From positions 6,386,001 to 6,450,000 of the forward strand of contig OZ024764.1 of NCBI GenBank assembly GCA_964016885.1: 64,000 nucleotides of DNA, written 5' to 3'. Positions 27,019 through 39,097 of this stretch are shown piece by piece. Under the pieces are notes generated by a model that searched no databases, had not been told where the DNA came from, and worked only from the letters and a program-made list of their open reading frames with translations. Every line of letters begins with the position of its first letter. The stretch's first letter is position 1. This DNA comes from Eledone cirrhosa. Taxonomy: Eukaryota. A program made the position numbers and the translations under genes.

Positions 27019-27387
27019 GCATGCTCCATTGGATGTGCAATGTCAATGTGCGTGAACGACCCAGCATGAATCTGGTGAGAGAGAAACTGTGTCTGAGAGG
27101 GATAGAATGTAGTGTACGGGAGAGGAGACTGAGGTGGTATGGACATGTGATGCGCATGGAGGATGACCGATGGGTGAAGAAGTGCCAGGAAATGCCAGTT
27201 GAAGGAAGACGTGGTAGAGGTAGACCACGAAAAACATGGGCGGAGGTGGTGAGAACAGACCTCAGATCATTGAAGCTCACGGTGGAGATGACGAGGGACC
27301 GTGACGAGTGGAGAGATGCTGTGCTGAATAAGACCCGTCCCACCCTTGCAAGCAGGGAAAAGCAGACGTAAAATGATGATGATGATG
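27019..27387 (+). mobile_element. RTE LINE 3' end
   Basis: [63 protein letters not shown]; (GAT)n tail. Confidence 0.92.
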
Positions 27388-27418
<31 letters not shown>

Positions 27419-27681
27419 TATATATATATATATATATATAACCCCGTAGCTGTGTTCCATTGCTCCATTAGAGATTTTTTTAAAGGTTAAAATTATTTTG
27501 TCACTTGGCTTCTTGGAATTTCATGTGTGTGTGTGTACATCTGTGTGTCTCTCACTCACACACTCACACTCTATCTCTCTCTCTCTCTCTTTTACTCTCT
27601 TTTTCTCCCTCACCACCCTCTCTCTCTGCATCTTCTGCAGTTATCCACTTTCTACACAGTGTAATAACTGTCATAATATGT

Positions 27682-27712
<31 letters not shown>

Positions 27713-28186
27713 CAATAAAGTATGTCCATAGAATCATTTGATAAGATATATACACCATTTCCTCTCCCAATTAGCATAATCAACCACACAAAAAAGCAAT
27801 TAAACCAAGCTATAAGATTAAAAGACACCTATGAAGAAATAGTAGATAAATAAATGACTGCCATCTATTTGCGATCAACAGGCACAGAATATTTACCCAG
27901 CATTTCAATAGCACGTGGGAATCGATTAAATATATCATCAACCATACACAATTAGGTATAAAATTAAAGTTAGAAGAAAAAATGTATATAAGCAAACCAA
28001 AATTATATATATATACGTATACAAACACAAAGACACACTTACACATATATATATACAAACACAAACACAAACACACATAATATATATATATATATACTAC
28101 AAACACACACACATATATATATATATATATACAAACACACACACACACATATATATACACACACACACATGCACACATTACACACA

Positions 28187-28223
<37 letters not shown>

Positions 28224-28318
28224 AAATGGTTGACTAAACATCCGTTTTCATACAAAAATATGTCTCCATTCCTTCCTCTTCTCTTTCTCTGTCTACTTCA
28301 TCTTTTATTTCTCTTTCT

Positions 28319-28356
28319 ATCTTCTGATGAAGGACCAGTGTCCGAAACATTAAGAC
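28319..28356 (+). ncRNA. Minimal hammerhead ribozyme
   Basis: tctt-CTGATGA-a-ggac cagt gtcc-GAAAcatta-aga; same family as 37088. Confidence 0.7.
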
Positions 28357-28792
28357 TTTTTTCAATCATTTCCAGCGTTAAACTAATATTTTCTTTTGTC
28401 TACAGTATTGTTTGCTTTGTTGTTTCTGTTTACTTTCTGTATAGACATACGCACGCACACACACACGCACATATCATCATCATTTAACGTCTATCTTCCA
28501 CGTAAGCATGGGCTAGACAGGTTTGTCCCATTCGAGGCAAGTTGGGTCGCAAGACCGTGTCTCGCTCATAGGGCTGTCTGATTGTATTTTCATCGTTGTG
28601 GTGACTTCTTTGGCTTTGTGCCCTTAACCCCAGGTTTCAATTTGTCACACTATTTAACGTATGTTTATTACTCTAAGATGTAACATATCGTTTTATCGAT
28701 ATCTTCTTATTGAGTGCTTCATGCAAAGCTTCGGATTGTTTTTTCGTGGATGTTGGCCGAACGCCACGACTTTGATTTTACTAACTTCCACT

Positions 28793-28830
<38 letters not shown>

Positions 28831-28834
<4 letters not shown>

Positions 28835-29292
28835 AAAGTTTTATTTAAAATTGTTGGGTTACAACAAGTAAATATTTTATAACTGATATAAAAGCACTCA
28901 ACAGTTTCTGGAGTAGGTTTACGATACTAAACAAATGGAAACTATATTTATAAAACCATATTTATTTCGTTATATATATTTCTGGGATATCATATTAAAA
29001 ATATGGTATGCCTTCCTCAGACAAAATACAATACATAAGCTGTTTTATAAATAATTTTGACATACCTTATAATAATGCAACTTCCATTTAAAAAGTTGAT
29101 TTGGTAGTCCAAATCAACTTTTTAAATGGAAGTTTCATTATTATAAGGTATGTCAAAATTATTTATAAAACAGCTTATGTATTGTATTTTGTCTGAGGAA
29201 GGCATACCATATTTTTAATATGATATCCCAGAAATATATATAACGAAATAAATATGGTTTTATAAATATAGTTTCCATTTGTTTAATATCGT
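28831..29292. mobile_element. Fold-back PLE-type element with a hammerhead in each arm
   Basis: Arms 28921-29104 and 29109-29292 with a 4-nt loop; CTGAGGA at 29193 and GAAA at 29231; tail on the left; (TA)n flanks. Confidence 0.85.
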
Positions 29293-29308
29293 ATATATAT
29301 ATATATAT

Positions 29309-29340
<32 letters not shown>

Positions 29341-29735
29341 TTTACGTCCGCTTTTCCCTGCTTGCAAGGGTGGGACGGGTCTTATTCAGCACAGCATCTT
29401 TCCACTCGTGACGGTCCCTCGTAATCTCCACCATGAGCTTCAGCGATCTGAGGTCTGTTCTCACCACCTCCGCCCATGTTTTTCGTGGTCTACCTCTACC
29501 ACGTCTTCCTTCAACTGGCATTTCCTGGCACTTCTTCACCCATCGGTCATCCTCCATGCGCATCACATGTCCATACCACCTCAGTCTCCTCTCTCGCACA
29601 CTACATTCTATCCCTCTCAGACACAGTTTCTCTCTCAACACATTCATGCTGGGTCGTTCACGCACATCCAACGGAGCATGCTTGCCTCATTTCTCTCCAG
29701 CCGTCGCATATCCTCTGCAGTTGCTGCCCATGTCT

Positions 29736-29740
<5 letters not shown>
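29309..29740 (-). mobile_element. RTE LINE 3' end
   Basis: [46 protein letters not shown]; (GAT)n tail. Confidence 0.92.
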
Positions 29741-29807
<67 letters not shown>

Positions 29808-29811
<4 letters not shown>

Positions 29812-30225
29812 CTTCAAAATATTAATATAGACATTCATGTGATCAAATATATTTTATTATTCATATTTCAGAGGTACTGAGCTATTTCAACAGTACGTCC
29901 TCATCAGATAAAATAAGTTGATGCCTGACATACCTTGACTATGTTGATGGTTATAACTCTGCCATGACTGAATTATAACCATCAACATAGTCAAGGTATG
30001 TCAGGCATCAACTTATTTTATCTGATGAGGACGTACTGTTGAAATAGCTCAGTACCTCTGAAATATGTATAATAAAATATATTTGATCACATGAATGTCT
30101 ATATTTATTAATATTTTGAAGTAATATTAATAACTCCAGAAAACCCTACTGTAGAGTGCTTCTAATCTATTGTGAAACTTTATTTATTGATTAATTCATT
30201 GAACCTTGTTAAACTTTTAATTATA
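29808..30225. mobile_element. Fold-back PLE-type element with a hammerhead in each arm
   Basis: Arms about 29808-29956 and 29972-30125; tattttat-CTGATGA(30022)-ggacgtactg..cagtacctct-GAAA(30060)-tatgta-taataaaata; tail on the right. Confidence 0.85.
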
Positions 30226-30244
30226 TATAAATATATATATATAA

Positions 30245-33200
30245 TCATCATCATCATCATTTAACGTCCATCTTCCACGCTAGCATGGGTTAGATGGAGA
30301 CGGTTTTGTTCCATGTGATGTGGGAAGGGTCGGGAAACCATGTCTCGCTTGCATGGAAGTGTCTCTGGCAGGTTCTTTTACAGCTCAATGCCCTTCCTAA
30401 CACCAACCACATTTACAGTGTGGACTGGGAGCCTTTTTACTGTGTCTCCTACATGGTCACTTTACAGTGTGGACTGGGAGCCTTTTTACTGTGTCTCCTA
30501 CATGGTCACTTTACAGTGTGGACTGGGAGTCTTTTTACCATGTCTCTTACATGGTCACTTTACAGTGTGGACTGGGAGTCTTTTTACCATGTCTCTTACA
30601 TGGTCACTTTACAGTGTGGACTGGGAGCCTTTTTACTGTGTCTCCTACATGGTCACTTTACAGTGTGGACTGGGAGCCTTTTTACTGTGTCTCCTACATG
30701 GTCACTTTACAGTGTGGACTGGGAGTCTTTTTACCATGTCTCTTACATGGTCACTTTACAGTGTGGACTGGGAGTCTTTTTACCATGTCTCCTACATGGT
30801 CACTTTACAGTGTGGACTGGGAGTCTTTTTACCATGTCTCCTACATGGTCACTTTACAGTGTGGACTGGGAGTCTTTTTACCATGTCTCCTACATGGTCA
30901 CTTTACAGTGTGGACTGGGAGTCTTTTTACTGTGTCTCCTACATGGTCACTTTACAGTGTGGACTGGGAGTCTTTTTACCATGTCTCCTACATGGTCACT
31001 TTACAGTGTGGACTGGGAGTCTTTTTACCATGTCTCCTACATGGTCACTTTACAGTGTGGACTGGGAGCCTTTTTACTGTGTCTCCTACATGGTCACTTT
31101 ACAGTGTGGACTGGGAGTCTTTTTACCATGTCTCTTACATGGTCACTTTACAGTGTGGACTGGGAGTCTTTTTACCATGTCTCCTACATGGTCACTTTAC
31201 AGTGTGGACTGGGAGTCTTTTTACCGTGTCTCCTACATGGTCACTTTACAGTGTGGACTGGGAGTCTTTTTACCATGTCTCCTACATGGTCACTTTACAG
31301 TGTGAACTGGGAGTCTTTTTACCATGTCTCCTACATGGTCACTTTACAGTGTGAACTGGGAGTCTTTTTACCATGTCTCCTACATGGTCACTTTACAGTG
31401 TGGACTGGGAGCCTTTTTACTGTGTCTCCTACATGGTCACTTTACAGTGTGGATTGGGAGCCTTTTTACTGTGTCTCCTACATGGTCACTTTACAGTGTG
31501 GACTGGGAGCCTTTTTACTGTGTCTCCTACATGGTCACTTTACAGTGTGGATTGGGAGCCTTTTTACTGTGTCTCCTACATGGTCACTTTACAGTGGGGA
31601 CTGGGAGTCTTTTTACCATGTCTCCTACATGGTCACTTTACAGTGTGAACTGGGAGTCTTTTTACCATGTCTCCTACATGCTCACTTTACAGTGTGAACT
31701 GTGAGTCTTTTTACCATGTCTCCTACATGGTCACTTTACAGTGTGGACTGGGAGTCTTTTTACCATGTCTCCTACATGGTCACTTTACAGTGTGGACTGG
31801 GAGTCTTTTTACCATGTCTCCTACATGGTCACTTTACAGTGTGGACTGGGAGTCTTTTTACCATGTCTCCTACATGGTCACTTTACAGTGTGGACTGGGA
31901 GTCTTTTTACCATGTCTCCTACATGGTCACTTTACAGTGTGGACTGGGAGTCTTTTTACCATGTCTCCTACATGGTCACTTTACAGTGTGGACTGGGAGT
32001 CTTTTTACCATGTCTCCTACATGGTCACTTTACAGTGTGGACTGGGAGTCTTTTTACCATGTCTCCTACATGGTCACTTTACAGTGTGGACTGGGAGTCT
32101 TTTTACCATGTCTCCTACATGGTCACTTTACAGTGTGGACTGGGAGTCTTTTTACCATGTCTCCTACATGGCCACTTTACAGTGTGGACTGGGAGTCTTT
32201 TTACTGTGTCTCCTACATGGTCACTTTACAGTGTGGACTGGGAGCCTTTTTACCATGTCTCCTACATGGTCACTTTACAGTGTGGACTGGGAGTCTTTTT
32301 ACCATGTCTCCTACATGGTCACTTTACAGTGTGGACTGGGAGCCTTTTTACTGTGTCTCCTACATGACCACTTTACAGTGTGGACTGGGAGTCTTTTTAC
32401 TGTGTCTCCTACATGGTCACTTTACAGTGTGGACTGGGAGTCTTTTTACCATGTCTCCTACATGGTCACTTTACAGTGTGGACTGGGAGCCTTTTTACTG
32501 TGTCTCCTACATGACCACTTTACAGTGTGGACTGGGAGTCTTTTTACTGTGTCTCCTACATGGTCACTTTACAGTGTGGACTGGGAGTCTTTTTACCATG
32601 TCTCCTACATGGTCACTTTACAGTGTGGACTGGGAGTCTTTTTACCATGTCTCCTACATGGTCACTTTACAGTGTGGACTGGGAGTCTTTTTACCATGTC
32701 TCCTACATGGTCACTTTACAGTGTGGACTGGGAGTCTTTTTACCATGTCTCCTACATGGTCACTTTACAGTGTGGACTGGGAGCCTTTTTACTGTGTCTC
32801 CTACATGACCACTTTACAGTGTGGACTGGGAGTCTTTTTACTGTGTCTCCTACATGGTCACTTTACAGTGTGGACTGGGAGTCTTTTTACCATGTCTCCT
32901 ACATGGTCACTTTACAGTGTGGACTGGGAGTCTTTTTACCATGTCTCCTACATGGTCACTTTACAGTGTGGACTGGGAGTCTTTTTACCATGTCTCCTAC
33001 ATGGTCACTTTACAGTGTGGACTGGGAGTCTTTTTACCATGTCTCCTACATGGTCACTTTACAGTGTGGACTGGGAGCCTTTTTACTGTGTCTCCTACAT
33101 GACCACTTTACAGTGTGGACTGGGAGTCTTTTTACTGTGTCTCCTACATGGTCACTTTACAGTGTGGACTGGGAGTCTTTTTACCATGTCTCCTACATGG

Positions 33201-33648
33201 TCACTTTACAGTGTGGACTGGGAGTCTTTTTACCATGTCTCCTACATGGTCACTTTACAGTGTGGACTGGGAGTCTTTTTACCATGTCTCCTACATGGCC
33301 ACTTTACAGTGTGGACTGGGAGTCTTTTTACTGTGTCTCCTACATGGTCACTTTACAGTGTGGACTGGGAGTCTTTTTACCATGTCTCCTACATGGTCAC
33401 TTTACAGTGTGGACTGGGAGTCTTTTTACCATGTCTCCTACATGGTCACTTTACAGTGTGGACTGGGAGTCTTTTTACCATGTCTCCTACATGGTCACTT
33501 TACAGTGTGGACTGGGAGTCTTTTTACCATGTCTCCTACATGGTCACTTTACAGTGTGGACTGGGAGTCTTTTGTTGTGTCACTGACACAGTGGATGGAA
33601 ATAGGAGGGTGAGGTGGGGTGCATATTGGGTTAAGAGGTGCCTACTGA
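30245..33648 (-). mobile_element. RTE-tailed SINE-like element whose internal unit has expanded into a satellite
   Basis: (CAT)n tail and SINE body at 30245-30412; SINE 5' part at 33575-33648. Confidence 0.75.
30413..33572. repeat. 49-bp tandem repeat, about 64 copies
   Basis: Unit tttacagtgtggactgggagtctttttaccatgtctcctacatggtcac. Confidence 0.97.
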
Positions 33649-33782
33649 CTATATATATATATATATCCCAAGTTCAATCTGAGGTAGCCACAGTACGTAA
33701 GGTACTCAATACATAGTAGAGTATATGCAAGATTTAATATAGAAATGGCTTCCACAGGACTATACATATACATATATATATA

Positions 33783-34327
33783 TACGATATTAATAAATGG
33801 AAACTATATTTATAAAACCATATTTATTTCATTATACATATTTCAAGGATACCAATTTAAATTATGGTATGCCTTCATCAGACAAAATACAATATATATC
33901 AGTTTTACAAATAAGCATTGACGTACCCTTTCAAAATGCGACCATTACTTTTGGAGGACATCAGGATAGTGGTTTGTTTATATTATTTTAGTAAGTCTTA
34001 TTGTAATTGTCCTTAACACTAAGACTTACTAAAATAATATAAACAAACCACTATCCTGATGTCCTCCAAAAGTAATGGTCGCATTTTGAAAGGGTACGTC
34101 AATGTTTATTTATAAAACTGGTATATATTGTATTTTGTCTGATGAAGGCATACCATAATTTAAATTGGTATCCTTGAAATATGTATAATGAAATAAATAT
34201 GGTTTTATAAATATAGTTTCCATTTATTAATATCGTATATCTACTCCAAATACTTGTCGAGTGCTTTATATCAGTTATAAAAATATTTACTTGTTGTATC
34301 CCAACAATTTAAATAGAACTTTTGCAT
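33783..34327. mobile_element. Fold-back PLE-type element with a hammerhead in each arm
   Basis: Arms 33784-34000 and 34020-34237; CTGATGA(34139)-aggcatacca..tggtatcctt-GAAA(34176)-tatgta; same family as 28831. Confidence 0.85.
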
Positions 34328-34495
34328 ATATGTATATATATATATATTTCCTCTTTCCCATATAAAGTGTGAAACTAATGAGACTTTCTACCCCTGTTTT
34401 GATGTTTCCTTGATCTATATATACATATATATGTGTATATATATGTGTGTGTGTGTATATACATCTATGTATATATATATATATATATATACATA

Positions 34496-34545
<50 letters not shown>

Positions 34546-34680
34546 TGTATGTATATGTATATATCTATGTATATTTGTACAAATATCTGTATGTATGTGT
34601 AGATATATATATATATATATATATATGTTTATATGTATATATCTATGTATATTTGTACATATATCTGCATGTATGTGTAG

Positions 34681-34711
<31 letters not shown>

Positions 34712-34929
34712 CACACACACACATATATATATATGAGTGTATATATATATAAATATATATATAAAACAGACATACAGCCAACATTGTACTGGATGAGAAT
34801 CCAATGATAAACTACAATTGACAATTTACATTCCTGTATCATATTTTAGAAGTTGATACCTAAACATAGGTTTGTTGGTGGGTCTCTTGTCACCATTGTT
34901 GAGAGATATATACACGGGTGTGGATAGAT

Positions 34930-34973
34930 AGTGATATATATATATATATATATCTGTGTGTGTGTGTATATGG

Positions 34974-35013
<40 letters not shown>

Positions 35014-35051
35014 ATGTATGGATATATATATGTGTGTGTGTGTGTGTATGG

Positions 35052-35085
<34 letters not shown>

Positions 35086-35127
35086 ATGGATATATATATA
35101 TGTGTGGGTGTGTGTGTGTGTGTATGG

Positions 35128-35163
<36 letters not shown>

Positions 35164-35167
35164 ATGG

Positions 35168-35201
<34 letters not shown>

Positions 35202-35688
35202 ATGGATATATATATATATGAATGGATATATGGACAGATATGTATATATATGCGTGTATATGGATATATATATGTGTGTGTGTGTGTATGGATATATATA
35301 TATATGTGTGTGTGTGTGTATGGATATATATATATGTGTGTGTGTGTGTGTATGGATATATATATATTTGTGTGTGTGTATGGATATATATATATATGAA
35401 TGGATATATGGACAGATATGTATATATATGCGTGTATATGGATATATGTGTGTGTGTGTGTGTGTATGGATATATATATATATATGTGTGTGTGTGTGTA
35501 TGGATATATATATGTGTGTGTGTATGGATATATATATATATGAATGGATATATGGACAGATATGTATGTATATATATGCATATATATGTATATATATTTT
35601 GTATATATCTGTGTGTGTGTGTATATGGATATATATGTGTGTGTGTGTATATGGATATATATATATATGTGTGTGTGTGTGTGTATAT

Positions 35689-35726
<38 letters not shown>

Positions 35727-36077
35727 ACATACATACATATATATATATATATATGAATAGATATATGGACAGACATGTATGTATATATATGCATGTATAT
35801 GTATATATATTTATGTGTGTTTGTATATGGATATATATATATATGAATGGATATATGGACAGATATGTATATATATGCGTGTATATGTATATATATTTGT
35901 GTGTGTGCGTATATGGATATATATATATATGAATAGATATATGGACAGATATGTATGTATATATATGCGTGTATATGTATATATATTTGTGCGTGTGTGT
36001 GTATATATATGTTTATATGAATGTATATAAGTATATATATGTATATATATATATATGTGTATATATACGTATGAATG

Positions 36078-36114
<37 letters not shown>

Positions 36115-36140
36115 TCACACACACATATGTGTGTGTGTGT
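34930..36140. repeat. (TG)n/(TA)n compound microsatellite with recurring tatggata units
   Basis: Direct inspection. Confidence 0.9.
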
Positions 36141-36149
36141 ATAATTTTT

Positions 36150-36445
36150 ATATAAGAACCTTTGTTAAGTTATGTTCCAAACACCAACAGTGTCTTTCAT
36201 TAGAAATATGGTAATGAAAGGGTTAAAGTGTTTATATTTATCTAAAAGCCTTCCAACATTATTTAAGAACCTTTGTTAAGTTATGTTCCAAACACCAACA
36301 GTGTCTATCATTAGAAATATGGTAATGAAAGGGTTAAAGTGTTTATATTTATCTAAAAACGTTCCATCATAATTTTATGTAAGAACCTTTGTTAAGTTAT
36401 GTTCCAAACACCAGCTTATGAAATATGTTAATGAAAGGGTTAATG
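36150..36445. repeat. About 113-bp tandem triplication ending in ggtaatgaaagggttaa (transposon-end-like)
   Basis: aagaacctttgttaagttatgttcc at 36154, 36265 and 36381. Confidence 0.8.
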
Positions 36446-36504
36446 TTAACTTTAAACATGTTATATTCGACGGTGGAGTTGACCATTTGTGTGTGTATTT
36501 GTAG

Positions 36505-36642
36505 ATCCAGTACCATGTCTCGAACATGGCATAGTCCTTCAGCAGAAAGTGGAACATGTGGAGAATATCGAGATAGAAAATGAGGAAATACGCGAAACAC
36601 TGAAGGATTACAATCAAGACGTTATTGAGCCTAAACTCCAGG
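36505..36642 (+). CDS. CUX1: Internal exon of a CUX1/CASP (cut-like homeobox / Golgi CASP) gene, N-terminal coiled coil
   Basis: Acceptor tttgtag|AT and donor CAGG|gtatgt; 138 bp, phase 1-1, open. It encodes (D)PVPCLEHGIVLQQKVEHVENIEIENEEIRETLKDYNQDVIEPKLQ, colinear with the CUX1/CASP segment [46 protein letters not shown] as recalled from memory. Confidence 0.85.
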
Positions 36643-36682
36643 GTATGTTAACTATTTCTACCTTTATCTATCTATCTATCTA

Positions 36683-36978
36683 TCTGAAAGTGGCGAGAGT
36701 GGCCCGAGTGAATGGGCCTTCTCTCTATATCAGCCTGTAGGTTGAGGAAAAGGAGGAGGAGAGGAAAGGAGTACAAACTCTTCGTACTCCTGGAGATGAG
36801 GGTTTCACATTTTTTCGGATGTATGTGTTACCCACATGAACTGTCTCCCCCTATTGGGGAAAATCGACTAATTTTTTAAATTGCATTTGTGATAACATTT
36901 TACACGTTTTTATTGTATGTAAACTTCCCCCTTTGTATTTGTCCCCTTCTTTTGTGCCCCTGTGGCTAATAAAGAAAC
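36683..36978 (+). mobile_element. Tx1-like LINE 3' end
   Basis: LKVARVARVNGPSLYISL* is homologous to 40260-40316; cccctattggggg..aataaagaaa. Confidence 0.65.
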
Positions 36979-37087
36979 ATATCTATATGTATACCTGTCA
37001 ACATGAATAGACCTGTTATTTTTATATAAAGACATGTTTTCCAATTCCATCCCGCCCGTCCCTTCAATCTATCTTATTTCTCATTCT

Positions 37088-37124
37088 TTCTTCTGATGAA
37101 GGACTAGTGTCCGAAACGTTAAGA
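37088..37124 (+). ncRNA. Minimal hammerhead ribozyme (palindromic AACGTT stem III)
   Basis: tctt-CTGATGA-a-ggac tagt gtcc-GAAACGTTA-aga. Confidence 0.8.
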
Positions 37125-37241
37125 CCCTCTTCCTGCTATTTTAAGCGTTAACTTAATATATCCCTTCCATATACTGTACCGATTGTGTTGTTATTTCTGT
37201 TTACCTTTTACATACATACTTATATATATATAGTTATGAAT

Positions 37242-37801
37242 ATCATCATCATCATCATCAACGCTTTACGTCCGTTCTTCCACGCTAGCATGGGTTAGAC
37301 AAGTTGTCCTGTTGTGGGCAGTGTCCGGTCGGCTGACTTTGTCTTGCTCATACAGGAACTGATTCTGGCTTGATTTCTACAGCTGGATGTCCTTCCTAAC
37401 ACCAACCTCATTTACAGTGAGTGCTGGGTGCTTTTTTCCGTGGCACCTCCACGACCACTTTACAGTGTGGGCTGGGTGCTTTTTTCTGTGACACCTCCAC
37501 GACCACTTTACAGTGTGGGCTGGGGGCTTTTTTTTCCGTGGCACCTCCACGACCACTTTACAGTGTGGGCTGGGTGCTTTTTTTCTGTGGCGCCTCCACA
37601 CACATCCACTTTACAGTGTGGGCTGGGTGCTTTTTTTCTGTGGCGCCTCCACACACATCCACTTTACAGTGTAGGCTGGGTGCTTTTTTGTCGCGACACC
37701 TCCACGACCACTTTGTAGTGGAAGGGGGTGGGGCCATATTGTCTATATGCTTCAGCTTCGGCTTGTACCCGTGGGAAGTCAGGTCTTATGTATTACTGCG
37801 T
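37242..37801 (-). mobile_element. RTE-tailed SINE-like element with about 6 internal 49-52-bp units
   Basis: Reverse complement of the 5180/11450 family. Confidence 0.8.
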
Positions 37802-38222
37802 GAAACAGAAATGACAACACAATCGGTACAGTATATGGAAGGAATATATTAGGTTAACACTTGAAACACCAGGAAGAGGGTCTTAACATTTCGGACACTA
37901 GTCCTTCATCAGAAGAAAGAATGCGAAATAAGATAAGGGGTGGAATTTGAAAAAAAGTCTTTAGATAAAAATAACAGGTCCATTCATGTTGACATCTCTT
38001 ATATATATATATATATTTGAAAAAAAGGAAAAGAATGACTTCACTTGTAGTGTTAAAAAATTTTTGATTTAATTTTATAATATTATAATATTATGAGTTG
38101 GTAGATCCAGTAAGTTTTTTGTTAACTTCGGTGGAAAAAATTTGAGAGATTCCTGGTTAACTTGGGTTGGAGAACTTTCTCGCATTCATCTGTCTGTGGC
38201 GATTGTCAAACTGAGATCAGGT

Positions 38223-38274
<52 letters not shown>

Positions 38275-38279
<5 letters not shown>

Positions 38280-38760
38280 AAATAAAATAAATAAGTCAAA
38301 TGTTTAAAATTTAGCTTTGTTTATTACTGCTATATATATTTTGGTGACAGCCATCACTTATTTGAATGAGGAGTGTTCTAACAACTGACCAATGAGAGGA
38401 GAAGAGGCCCTTTGACACTGAAATTCGTTTGTTTGAATTCATATGATTCCAGTTCCTCAGTGAAATAACAACCCAACCAGGAACTGGGCATATCAGAGTA
38501 TTGACAAAGTTATACACCTCAACAACATGTGTACTTGTCTCTACCACAATAATTTGGACTGGCTGAAGAGGTCACAGCCAAAGATGGCTGTCACCGAAAT
38601 ATATATAGCAGTAATAAACGAAGCTAAATTTTAAACATTTGAATTATTTATTGTATTTTATTTTACATTACTCCGGAGTAACCAAACCAACCTGCGCACT
38701 TCGTCGAGTGCTCCAATCTGCATACTGAGGTGTTGGTATACAACCAACATATACTCAAAA
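38275..38760. mobile_element. Inverted PLE pLTR element with hammerhead
   Basis: 38285-38355 mirrors 38584-38655; tail has actcc..gtcgagtgct. Confidence 0.75.
38557..38612 (+). ncRNA. Hammerhead ribozyme
   Basis: CTGAAGA-ggtcacagcca aaga tggctgtcacc-GAAA-tatata-tagcagt, then AATAAA. Confidence 0.75.
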
Positions 38761-38775
38761 TATATATATATATAT

Positions 38776-38946
38776 ATAACGAAGGAAATGTGGTAAGGAA
38801 CCAAGTGGACCATAACGCACCAAAGTACTCAATACTTAGGGTAGTAGAGTCGGTAATAGGAACGAGTAGGATCCCGACGGCTAATTCAGTTCAGAATTAG
38901 CCGTCGAAACGGCTTGAGCTCAGCCGTCGGGTCCTACTCGTTCCTA
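38776..38946. mobile_element. Fold-back PLE-type element (GAAACGGC family)
   Basis: taggaacgagtagga..tcctactcgttccta arms enclose the gacggctaattc/gaattagccgtc hairpin and GAAACGGC..GCCGTC. Confidence 0.7.
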
Positions 38947-39045
38947 TATATATATATATATATATAAAACAATATATATATATATATATATATATACTGG
39001 TGACGCAGCTCAATGGAGCATGCAACTACTGATATACTCTTGTTT

Positions 39046-39097
39046 ATAGGCTCTGATGATTCCTGCCATGGTGTATGGATGAAACACTGTTGGCTAA
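39046..39097 (+). ncRNA. Hammerhead ribozyme (relative of 16828)
   Basis: CTGATGA-ttcc..ggat-GAAA-cact-GTT-ggct-AATAAA; the downstream ggctctg..cattgagcta..actgtca is shared with 16735-16795 (-). Confidence 0.6.

Larger units (their letters stand above)
36996..37994. mobile_element. Convergent inverted pair of hammerhead pLTRs (36996-37203 +, 37802-37994 -) bracketing a SINE
   Basis: CTGATGA-a-ggac tagt gtcc-GAAACGTTA at 37093 (+), with its mirror at 37881-37916 (-). Confidence 0.8.

Noticed and set aside
30294-33716. Long ORFs (up to 671 aa) in all three + frames
   Set aside because: Product of a 49-bp stop-poor SINE-derived tandem repeat; no domain or splice evidence.
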